DNA from: Candidatus Multivorans sp.
GTDB lineage: Bacteria > Acidobacteriota > Thermoanaerobaculia > Multivoradales > Multivoraceae
Reading direction: 5' to 3'
Assembly: GCA_965247095.1 (NCBI GenBank)
Contig: OZ251997.1
Coordinates: 2,720,001-2,784,000 of the forward strand
Length of the DNA: 64,000 nucleotides
The translations under genes were made by a program, and so were the position numbers. Positions 9,609 through 18,033 of the stretch are shown here, in pieces (within the stretch, counting starts at the first letter, position 1; each line of letters opens with the position of its first letter). The notes under the pieces were generated by a model. That model was not told the origin of the DNA and did not search any database. It saw nothing but the letters and a program-made list of their open reading frames with translations.

Positions 9609-12600
9609 ATGTGCGGGATCGTCGGCATCCTGATGCGCTCCCACCCCGGGCCGGCGACCTGTTCGCGGGAACTGCTGGAGGGGCTCGTCGCGAGCGGTCG
9701 CTGCGTAGAGGCGGCGGTCGGTGGTCTGGATGGCGCCGATGCGGAGGTGCTCGCGTCGGCTCTGACCGATGCCGCCTCGGGGATCGCGAGCTGGAATCGG
9801 CGGCTGCGCGCCCGTCCCGCGGTGCGCTCCCTGGTGCGGGACCCGGCGCTGTGCGCTGCGGTTGCCGACGCGCTCGAGCCAAGCTTCAAGGCACTCAAGA
9901 GACTGGAGTCGAACCTGGACGCCGGCGCCGCGGCGTTCGGCGACGCGGGCCTGGAGGTGCTCAACCGGGCGGCGGGCGCCCTGGCGGACGCCGAGTGGGC
10001 GATCCGCTGCGACCGGTTGCGGACCGCGGCCGAGGTCCGGGCTCTGGCGCCGGCCGGCGTCAGCGACGCGGGGCTCGACGTGCTGATCGGGGTCCACCAG
10101 GCCTTCTCGTCCCTCGACCGGCTGGAGATCCGCGGTCGCGACTCCGCCGGCCTGTTCCTGCTGCTCTCGGGACACGGCCTCGACGCGGGCGATCCGGCGA
10201 TCCGGGCGGAGCTCGACCGGCGGAGGGGGGATTCTCTGTTCGGCCATCGCGCGATCGCCCGACGCGGCGGTCGCCTGAGCCTGATCTACAAGTGCGCCGA
10301 AGAGATCGGTGAGCTGGGCGACAACGTGCGCTTCCTGCGCGCGGCGGTGGCAGGCGACCCGGTCCTGGCGGCGGCGCTCGAGAGTCCGGACGTCGAAGCG
10401 GCCATCCTCGGGCACACGCGTTGGGCCAGCGTCGGCCGGGTCAACGAGGCGAACGCACATCCCTTGAACGAGGCGGAGGCGAGTGCCGGCGAAGCAGGCT
10501 CGGAGCACGCGCCGCAGGTCGTGGCGGCGATCAACGGCGACATCGACAACCACGCCGACCTGCGGGTGCTGGAGAAGCTGGACATCGACCCGCGCATCAC
10601 GACCGACACGAAGGTCATGCCGGTGCTCATGTCGCGCCGGCTGGCCCACGGCGACGAACCGCTCGAGGCGTTCCGCGGCACGGTTTCGGGGTTCGAGGGT
10701 TCGCTCGCCGTCGGCACGCTCTGCGGCGACGATCCGAACCGGCTCTACCTGGCGATCCAGGGCAGTGGCCAGGGGCTCTATGTGGGACTCGCGGACCACG
10801 CCTTCGTGGTGGCCAGCGAGCCGTACGGCCTGGTGGAGGAGACCTCCACGTATCTGCGTCTGGACGGTGAGGCGACGGTCGGCCCCGACCGGCCAAGCGT
10901 CGCCACGGGCCAGATCGCGGTGCTCGACGCGCGGCGCGCCGGCGACCTGGGGGGTATCGAGCGTTGTGGATTGGACGGCTCGCCGCTGCCGCTGGACAGG
11001 GAGGAGTTGGAGCGGGCGGAGATCACGACCCGCGACATCGACCGGGGCGAGTTTCCTCATTTCCTGCTCAAGGAGATCAGCGAAGCACCGCGATCGGTGC
11101 TGAAGACGCTACGCGGGAAGTTGTTCGAGGATGCTGCCGGACGCCTCAGGGTGACGTTGGGCCGGCAGACGATCCCGGACGCCGTGGCGCGCGACCTGGG
11201 AAGCGGCGCGATCACCAGAATCGTGATCACCGGCCAGGGCACGGCCGCCGTCGCCGGTCAGGGCATCGCCGCCGCGACCCTTGGCCGGCTGCGCGAGCGC
11301 GGTCTCACCGGGCTTCGAGTCGAGGCGATGCCGGCGACGGAACTTTCGGGCTTCCACCTGCAGCCCGACATGACGGACACCCTGGTCGTGGCGGTCAGTC
11401 AGTCGGGCACGACGACGGACACGCTGCGCACCCTCAACCTGACGCAGCGCCGCGGGGCCCGCGCCATCGCCATCGTCAACCGCCGCGACTCCGATCTGGC
11501 GGACCGGGCGGACGGCGTGCTCTACACTTCGGACGGCCGGGACGTGGAGATGAGCGTCGCCTCGACCAAGGCCTTCTATTCCCAGATCGCGGCCGGGATG
11601 CTGCTGGCCGTGTCGGTCGCCGACCTGGTCGCGGGCGGGGCCGACGAGCGGCCCGCCGCCGACCGGCTGCTGCGGGAGCTGCGGGCATTGCCGGAGGCGA
11701 TGGAACGCACCCTCGCGTTGCGGGAGGGAATCGCCGCGGCGGCGCGGCGGTACGCGCCGAGGCTGCGGGACTGGTCGGTGGTCGGCAACGGCCTCGACCG
11801 CATCGCGGCGGAGGAGATCCGAATCAAGCTTGCGGAACTCTGCTACAAGGCGATCGCCTGCGACGCGACGGAGGACAAGAAGCACATCGACCTGTCGTCC
11901 GAACCGCTGATCCTGGTGTGCGCGACGGGAGTCCACGGTTCGACCGCGGCCGATACGAGGAAGGAGATCGACGTCTACCGGGCGCACCGCGCCACGCCGA
12001 TCGTCATCGCCTCGGAGGGCGCCGGGTTCCAGGCGGCGCCGGTGGTGATCGAAGTGCCCGAGGCCGCGCCCGAGTTGTCCTTCGTGCTGGCGACGGTCGT
12101 CGGTCACCTGTTCGGCTACCACGCGGCGCTTGCCATCGACGATCTCGCCAAGCCGCTGCGCGCAATCCGCGCCGCGCTCGGCTCGATCGCGGGCGCCGCG
12201 ACGCCCTCCCGGCCGGTCGCCCGGTTGCGTGAACTGGCGGCCGCCGAGATCGACGCCGTTCGTGAGGGCCTGGCCGACGGAAGCTACGACGGCAACCTGC
12301 ACACCGGCAGGGCGGTGCGGCTGGCCGTCGCACTCGACCGCCTGAGCGCCGGCGAGTCCGCAGACGGCGGGGAGACCGACACGGCGGCGCTGCTCGAGGC
12401 TCTGCGGAGCTCCCTGACTCCGGCCATCGACGATCTGACCCGGCACATCGACACGATCAAGCACCAGGCGAAGACGGTGACCGTGGGCATCTCCCGCCAC
12501 GACCAGACCCTGGGGCGGATGTCCCTGGCGACCGCCCTGCTCGAGGCCGGCGCGCCGGAAGAGTCGATCTCGTCCGAGGACCGGCGGACGATGAGCGCGC

Positions 12601-13166
12601 TCGATCCCTTCGTCGACCAGGTGCTCGGCTACGTCCGCTACCAGCTCTGGTGTGGAGGCGACGGTCCCGCGCCGGGCGACGCCGCCACCATCCGCGTGTT
12701 GCGCGCCGGCGGCCTGTGCCGCGATCTCCAGTCGCGGACGGTGCGGCAGCCGTTGCTCCAGGGCACCAAGTACGCGGTCGCGGTCGAGGGCCGGTTGATG
12801 GCGGCGCGGGGCCGGACGGATGGCCGGGTGTTCATCGGCGTGCCCGAATTCGAGAGCGGCGAGGTCACGGCTCTCAGCCTGATCCACGTGCGCTTCCGCG
12901 AGCGCGCCCCGGCGCCCGAGCTTCGCCGGTTGCTCTCCGGCTACCGCGAGCGCTACTCGGGCCTGCGCGACCAGGTGCTGAAGAAGGCGCCGGAGTTCGA
13001 CGACCGGCTACTGGCCGAACTTCCGGTCGAGGACCTTCTGATCGACCCCGTGTCCCAGCTCGCGGAGCGTTGGCAGAGTCCTGGGAACGCGGGCGTCTCG
13101 CCCGCATCCGGCGGCGGCAGCGCGCGGGGGCACGGCGCGAGCCTGCTCGAGGCGCCACAGCCATGA
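9609..13166 (+). CDS. glmS: glutamine--fructose-6-phosphate transaminase-like protein, extended (~1185 aa)
   Basis: MCGIVG start (Ntn Cys), RGRDSAG, GHTRWA, NAHP, NGDIDN, SQSGTT, VASTKAF and AKTVTV. Has a large insertion and a C-terminal extension. Confidence 0.8.
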   Translation: MCGIVGILMRSHPGPATCSRELLEGLVASGRCVEAAVGGLDGADAEVLASALTDAASGIASWNRRLRARPAVRSLVRDPALCAAVADALEPSFKALKRLESNLDAGAAAFGDAGLEVLNRAAGALADAEWAIRCDRLRTAAEVRALAPAGVSDAGLDVLIGVHQAFSSLDRLEIRGRDSAGLFLLLSGHGLDAGDPAIRAELDRRRGDSLFGHRAIARRGGRLSLIYKCAEEIGELGDNVRFLRAAVAGDPVLAAALESPDVEAAILGHTRWASVGRVNEANAHPLNEAEASAGEAGSEHAPQVVAAINGDIDNHADLRVLEKLDIDPRITTDTKVMPVLMSRRLAHGDEPLEAFRGTVSGFEGSLAVGTLCGDDPNRLYLAIQGSGQGLYVGLADHAFVVASEPYGLVEETSTYLRLDGEATVGPDRPSVATGQIAVLDARRAGDLGGIERCGLDGSPLPLDREELERAEITTRDIDRGEFPHFLLKEISEAPRSVLKTLRGKLFEDAAGRLRVTLGRQTIPDAVARDLGSGAITRIVITGQGTAAVAGQGIAAATLGRLRERGLTGLRVEAMPATELSGFHLQPDMTDTLVVAVSQSGTTTDTLRTLNLTQRRGARAIAIVNRRDSDLADRADGVLYTSDGRDVEMSVASTKAFYSQIAAGMLLAVSVADLVAGGADERPAADRLLRELRALPEAMERTLALREGIAAAARRYAPRLRDWSVVGNGLDRIAAEEIRIKLAELCYKAIACDATEDKKHIDLSSEPLILVCATGVHGSTAADTRKEIDVYRAHRATPIVIASEGAGFQAAPVVIEVPEAAPELSFVLATVVGHLFGYHAALAIDDLAKPLRAIRAALGSIAGAATPSRPVARLRELAAAEIDAVREGLADGSYDGNLHTGRAVRLAVALDRLSAGESADGGETDTAALLEALRSSLTPAIDDLTRHIDTIKHQAKTVTVGISRHDQTLGRMSLATALLEAGAPEESISSEDRRTMSALDPFVDQVLGYVRYQLWCGGDGPAPGDAATIRVLRAGGLCRDLQSRTVRQPLLQGTKYAVAVEGRLMAARGRTDGRVFIGVPEFESGEVTALSLIHVRFRERAPAPELRRLLSGYRERYSGLRDQVLKKAPEFDDRLLAELPVEDLLIDPVSQLAERWQSPGNAGVSPASGGGSARGHGASLLEAPQP
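13083..13109 (+). repeat. REP-like palindrome (family A) inside the 3' end of glmS
   Basis: GGGAACGCGGGCGTCTCGCCCGCATCC; its exact reverse complement is at 44928-44954. Confidence 0.8.
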
Positions 13167-14134
13167 GGATCCTGCTCACCGGCAGCGCCGGGTTCATCGG
13201 CTTTCACGTTGCCAGGGCTTTGCTCGGCCGCGGCGACGAGGTGATCGGGTACGACAGCTTCAATCGGTACTACGACCCCGAGCTCAAGGAGGCCCGCAAC
13301 GCGATCCTCGAAGAGCGCCCCAACTTTCGTCTGGTCCGCGCCGACATCGGGGATAGGCCCGCCCTTCAGGCCGCCTTCGACGAGCTCGTCGATGGCGCTG
13401 CCGGCGGCGAGACGCGGGTCTGCCACCTCGCGGCCCAGGCCGGAGTACGCCATTCGATCGCCCATCCGAACGCGTTCGTTCGCGACAACGTGCAGGCCTT
13501 CACGCACGTGCTGGAGCTGTGCCGCGACCGGGAGGTCGGCGGCCTGATCTACGCCTCGAGCAGCTCGGTGTACGGCGACAGCACGCGGGAGCGGCTCAGC
13601 GAGGACGACGGCACTTCCGCTCAGTGCTCCCTCTACGGCGCGACGAAGAAGATGAACGAGCTGATGGCCTCGGTCTACAACCACCTCTACGGCCTGCGGG
13701 CGACCGGCCTGCGCTTCTTCACCGTCTACGGCCCCTGGGGCAGACCCGACATGGCCCTGTTCCTGTTCACCGGCGCCGTGCTGCGCGGGGAGCGCATGGA
13801 GGTCTTCGGGCACGGCCGGATGCACCGGGACTTCACCTACATCGACGACATCGTCGCCGGCGTCGTGTCGGCGATCGACTGCAACCACGAACTTCTGGTG
13901 TGCAATCTCGCCGCCGGCCGCACCGAGGAGCTGATGGAGTTCATCCGCCAGATCGAGTCGAGCTGCGGCCGCGAGGGCGAGAAGGAGTTCCTGCCCATGC
14001 AGCCGGGCGATGTCGTCCGCACCTCGGCCGACCTCACCCAGGCCAGGAAGTACCTCGGCTACGAGCCGACGACCGCGATCGATGTCGGGATCCCCCGCTT
14101 CGTCGACTGGTATCGCAGCCACTACGGCCTGTAG
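13163..14134 (+). CDS. NAD-dependent nucleotide-sugar epimerase (UDP-glucuronate 4-epimerase-like)
   Basis: GSAGFIG, HLAAQAGVR, ASSSSVYG, YGATKK, LRFFTVYGPWGRPDMA and PMQPGDV. ATGA overlap with glmS. Confidence 0.92.
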   Translation: MRILLTGSAGFIGFHVARALLGRGDEVIGYDSFNRYYDPELKEARNAILEERPNFRLVRADIGDRPALQAAFDELVDGAAGGETRVCHLAAQAGVRHSIAHPNAFVRDNVQAFTHVLELCRDREVGGLIYASSSSVYGDSTRERLSEDDGTSAQCSLYGATKKMNELMASVYNHLYGLRATGLRFFTVYGPWGRPDMALFLFTGAVLRGERMEVFGHGRMHRDFTYIDDIVAGVVSAIDCNHELLVCNLAAGRTEELMEFIRQIESSCGREGEKEFLPMQPGDVVRTSADLTQARKYLGYEPTTAIDVGIPRFVDWYRSHYGL

Positions 14135-14192
14135 GGGTGGCCGGCGCCGGTCCGGTTATCGTTGCCGCCCGAACAACCTCAGGAGTCACAGC

Positions 14193-15833
14193 GTGAAGGT
14201 AGCCCAAGGAGTCGCCGAGTACCTCAAGCGGGAGGGTGTGGAGTTCATCCTCGCCTATCCCGTCAACCCGATCGTCGAGGCGGCGGCGGTGGCCGACATC
14301 CGTACGGTGATCGTCCGCCAGGAGCGGATCGGCCTGCACATGGCCGATGCGGTCAGCCGGCTCAGTTCCGGCCGGCAGCTCGGCGTCTTCGTGATGCAGA
14401 GCGGCCCCGGCACCGAGAACGCCTTCGGCGGCGTGGCCCAGGCCTTCGGCGAGTCGGCGCCGATCCTGGTGATGCCCATGGGCTACAGCCGGCGCGCCGC
14501 CCACGTGACGCCGAACTTCAACGCGGTGATGAACTTCCAGCATGTGACGAAGTGGTGCGAGCCGCTGACCATGGGCAAGGCGCTGCCGGAGGTGATGCGG
14601 CGCGCGTTCGCCCAACTGCGCTCCGGCCGTCCCGGCCCGGTGCTGATCGAGGTGCCTCAGGACGTCTTCGGCGAGGACGTGCCCGAGGACTTGCAACACC
14701 GCCCGAGCCAGCCGGTACGTGTCGGCCCCGATCCGGAGCTGATTCGGAAGGCCGCGGAGATGCTGGCGTCGGCGGAGCGGCCGGTGATTTATGCCGGCCA
14801 GGGCGTTCACTACGCCGAGGCCTGGGACGAGCTGCGGCGCGTGGCGGAACTCCTGAACGCGCCGGTGACCACCAGTCTCGGCGGCAAGAGTTCCTTCAAC
14901 GAGGATCATCCCCTGTCGCTCGGGTCCGGCGGAAGGGCCGTGCCGGAGACGGTCCACGAGTTCCTGAGCGCGGCCGACGTGATCTTCGGCATCGGCTGCA
15001 GCTTCACCACCACCGCCTTCGGGCTGTACATGAGGAAGTACGCGCAGGCGAAGATCCTGCACGCGACGCTGGACCCGGTCGACCTGAACAAGGAGATCGC
15101 GGCGGATTGCGCGGTCGCGGGCGACGCGAAGCTGACCCTGGCCGCCCTGATCGAGGAGCTGGAAGGGCAGTCGCTGCTGCAGGCGGCGGCGCGGGCTGAA
15201 ACCGTGCCGGCTGAGATCCACTCGATCCGGGCCGGCTGGCTCGACGAGTGGATGCCGAAGCTGACCTCCGACTCGGCGCCCCTGTCGCCGTACCGCGTGC
15301 TCTGGGATCTGATGCACACCGTCGACCGCGACAACGTGATCATCACCCACGACGCCGGGTCGCCGCGCGATCAGCTTTCGCCCTTCTGGCGCAGCACGAC
15401 GCCGCTTTCCTACATCGGCTGGGGCAAGACGACCCAGCTCGGCTACGGCCTCGGCCTGGCAATGGGCGCGAAGCTCGCCCAGCCGGACAAGCTCTGCATC
15501 AACGTCTGGGGCGACGCCGCGATCGGCTTCACGGGCATGGACTTCGAGACCGCGGTGCGGGAACGCCTGCCGATCCTGTCCATCCTGATGAACAACTTCT
15601 CGATGGCGATCGAACTGCCGATCATGAAGGTGGCGACCGAGAAGTACCGGAGCACCGACATCTCCGGCCACTACGCGGACATGGCCAAGGCCTTCGGCGG
15701 CTACGGCGAGCGGGTGACCGAGCCTTCGGAGATCGTGCCGGCGATTCGCCGCGGCATCGAAGCGACCGAGTCCGGCACCCCGGCGCTGCTCGAGTTCATC
15801 ACCGAGAAAGAGATCGGCATCTCCAGCTATTGA
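14193..15833 (+). CDS. thiamine diphosphate-dependent enzyme (acetolactate synthase-like family)
   Basis: VRQERIG, SGPGTEN, GRPGPV and the ThDP motif GDAAIGF...MNN. AGGAG RBS before GTG 14193. Confidence 0.9.
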   Translation: MKVAQGVAEYLKREGVEFILAYPVNPIVEAAAVADIRTVIVRQERIGLHMADAVSRLSSGRQLGVFVMQSGPGTENAFGGVAQAFGESAPILVMPMGYSRRAAHVTPNFNAVMNFQHVTKWCEPLTMGKALPEVMRRAFAQLRSGRPGPVLIEVPQDVFGEDVPEDLQHRPSQPVRVGPDPELIRKAAEMLASAERPVIYAGQGVHYAEAWDELRRVAELLNAPVTTSLGGKSSFNEDHPLSLGSGGRAVPETVHEFLSAADVIFGIGCSFTTTAFGLYMRKYAQAKILHATLDPVDLNKEIAADCAVAGDAKLTLAALIEELEGQSLLQAAARAETVPAEIHSIRAGWLDEWMPKLTSDSAPLSPYRVLWDLMHTVDRDNVIITHDAGSPRDQLSPFWRSTTPLSYIGWGKTTQLGYGLGLAMGAKLAQPDKLCINVWGDAAIGFTGMDFETAVRERLPILSILMNNFSMAIELPIMKVATEKYRSTDISGHYADMAKAFGGYGERVTEPSEIVPAIRRGIEATESGTPALLEFITEKEIGISSY

Positions 15834-15873
15834 TGGAGCTGGTGAGCCGACCCGCAGATCGATGCTAGGGAGG

Positions 15874-16947
15874 ATGAACGTGCCTCCACACCAACCTATT
15901 CAACGCAAGTGGGTTCACAGGTTGCTTGACTGGGAGCTCCTGGAAGGCCGATGCGTGAGGTTTCCGACGATAGGTCGGACATTTCCATTGACGCTTCTGA
16001 GGAAGTACGAAGAGCGTGAGCCGTACTTTTCTCACTACATGTCTTGGCGGCTCGGCACCTTTCAGAATGAGGCTCCCTTCGAAAGACTGGACGATCTGCT
16101 GCGGCTTGCCGAGTCACTGCCCAACTGGAAGCAGGAGAGGAAGTCTCTGGTCGGATCGGCTGATTACTCGGAGTTCTGGTCGCTGGTCTGGCAACTGCAG
16201 GTGGCCGAGCATCTCAGCAGCGTGGGTTCAGAGGTGGCCTGGGCGAGCCCAAAGGCCGCGAGTCCGGATCTGTCGGCATTGGTCGACGGCCAGCGTTGCT
16301 TCGTAGAGTGCTACGCGCCGCGCAAGTCATTTGGTCTGTTGAGCTTCATCGAACACCTCGTCTCGCTTGTCGACCGCAACATTCGTGTCTCGTACGACCG
16401 TTGCCTGCCCTTCCGCCTCGCAGGGAACTCTAGCGAGACAGCTTTCGTCGACCAAGTTCTGAAACGGTGTCTGGCCTCGGATCGTCTCGCCCAGGCCAGG
16501 CGGGAGGCAGAGACGCAGTATCCGGTGGTGCTCTTCAAGGATGAGGACAGCTCCCTCTACGTCTACCTGGAAGGCGAGAATGCCGATGCCTATATGCCAG
16601 GGATTGTGCCGAATCAGACGGGATCTCCAGAGCATTACTTGGAACTCGTGCTGAGGGAGGCGCTAGAGGCGAAGCGGTGCGCGAACGGTCTGAAGGAACA
16701 CCGGCCGAATCTCTTGGCCGTGAACTACCTCCTCAGCACCGACTTTCAGCTCGCGGAAGCACTGAGAGGCTTGCCGGCGGCGCAGATCGACGCCGAAGTC
16801 GGCGCGAGTATCGATGCTCTTGCGGTATCGACAGTCGGAATCGACGACCGCCTGAGCAAGGAGGGGCTGAAGGTAGTCAGCGACTCAAGGGCAGTGAATG
16901 TCGCAGTGAAACGAATCGCAACGCGAGTGTCGGGAAAAGGCGCATGA
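15874..16947 (+). CDS. hypothetical protein with a possible degenerate PD-(D/E)xK nuclease fold
   Basis: Long ORF with atypical AT-richer codons, SPDL-x9-VECY motif and GGAGG RBS. Confidence 0.55.
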   Translation: MNVPPHQPIQRKWVHRLLDWELLEGRCVRFPTIGRTFPLTLLRKYEEREPYFSHYMSWRLGTFQNEAPFERLDDLLRLAESLPNWKQERKSLVGSADYSEFWSLVWQLQVAEHLSSVGSEVAWASPKAASPDLSALVDGQRCFVECYAPRKSFGLLSFIEHLVSLVDRNIRVSYDRCLPFRLAGNSSETAFVDQVLKRCLASDRLAQARREAETQYPVVLFKDEDSSLYVYLEGENADAYMPGIVPNQTGSPEHYLELVLREALEAKRCANGLKEHRPNLLAVNYLLSTDFQLAEALRGLPAAQIDAEVGASIDALAVSTVGIDDRLSKEGLKVVSDSRAVNVAVKRIATRVSGKGA

Positions 16948-16992
16948 CACCAGCGCCACATCGAGAAGGTACGGTTCCGGTGCGATCGGTCG

Positions 16993-18033
16993 TCATCCTC
17001 GACGTAGAGTCGAGTACTCACGCAGGCGCGTGTGAGCCACCAGTTGGCGCATGTTCTGGAGCGTGAAGACCTTTCCCCGCGCGGCGATGATGAGCTTCTT
17101 CATGTCTTCTCGCCGAATGCCGAAGCCGCGGCCCGCGATACAGGCGACGACCTGAAACTTGGGGTTGTCGGCAGGCCGGTCCCGCAGACTCAGTTCGCTC
17201 AGGTGTTGGACTCGGGTGATCTTGTCTCGGGCGGTTCCGTCGTCCTCGCTGAGCTTGGCCTCGATGACGACCTGGGGGTTCAGCTCGCTCGGAACGATGA
17301 AGTCCGGCGCTTGGTCGAAGCCGGGGATTCTCTCGGCCCGACCGGTTTTCCGAAAGGTGATGTCGGCCCGCGCCAGTGCTGCCTCGATCGCGTTCTCGAC
17401 GAGGTTACCGACGATCTCGCTCACAGAGTCGCGGTGGGCCGCGAACGGTCTTCCAAGAAACCGCTCGCAGAGGAGCACGGAGTAGGGCGCTCCCAGGCTC
17501 GCGATCGTGCGGAGGCTGTCCAGGCCGGCGGTCGTGTCGGCTTTGTCGAGCCGATGAAGTCGGTCGGCGGGCACGTTCGGCGCTCCTCGAGCCAGGTGTT
17601 CGCACGCGACGGTGACCAGCGCTCTTACCCGTTGTTCGGTAACGCCGCCGTTCCGTGGCAACGGCCGTTCAGGATCGGTCCTGATTCCGCGGTCCAAGGC
17701 CCTCGCGGCTCCTTGTGGAACCTCGATGCCCGTGTAGCGCGTGGCGAGGTACGCCCATTCCGGCGGCGTGAAGCCCAACATGCAGCGAAGGACGATCAAG
17801 GAGATCGGTTCGTCGAGGACCGCCTCTGCTACCTCCACCGGCCTGAAGGCCCGAAAGCCCGAAGTGACCCGCTTGAGCCGCTCGTAGGCGGCGTCGAACG
17901 TCGGGAAGTCAACGAAGCCCTCTCCTCGGGGCATCACGAGGAACTCCGACTCGAGAGCCCCGAACACGGCGTCAACGAAGCGGTCGAGGTTCGTCTCGAC
18001 CTCGTGGAAGGCGACTTCAAAAGGGAATGGCAA
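16993..18033 (-). CDS. putative restriction endonuclease (C-terminal PD-(D/E)xK domain)
   Basis: APDFIVP-x7-VIEAK-x3-DDGTARDK. Overlaps the end of the methyltransferase gene; GAGGA RBS before the TTG start. Confidence 0.7.
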   Translation of the reverse strand: MPFPFEVAFHEVETNLDRFVDAVFGALESEFLVMPRGEGFVDFPTFDAAYERLKRVTSGFRAFRPVEVAEAVLDEPISLIVLRCMLGFTPPEWAYLATRYTGIEVPQGAARALDRGIRTDPERPLPRNGGVTEQRVRALVTVACEHLARGAPNVPADRLHRLDKADTTAGLDSLRTIASLGAPYSVLLCERFLGRPFAAHRDSVSEIVGNLVENAIEAALARADITFRKTGRAERIPGFDQAPDFIVPSELNPQVVIEAKLSEDDGTARDKITRVQHLSELSLRDRPADNPKFQVVACIAGRGFGIRREDMKKLIIAARGKVFTLQNMRQLVAHTRLREYSTLRRG

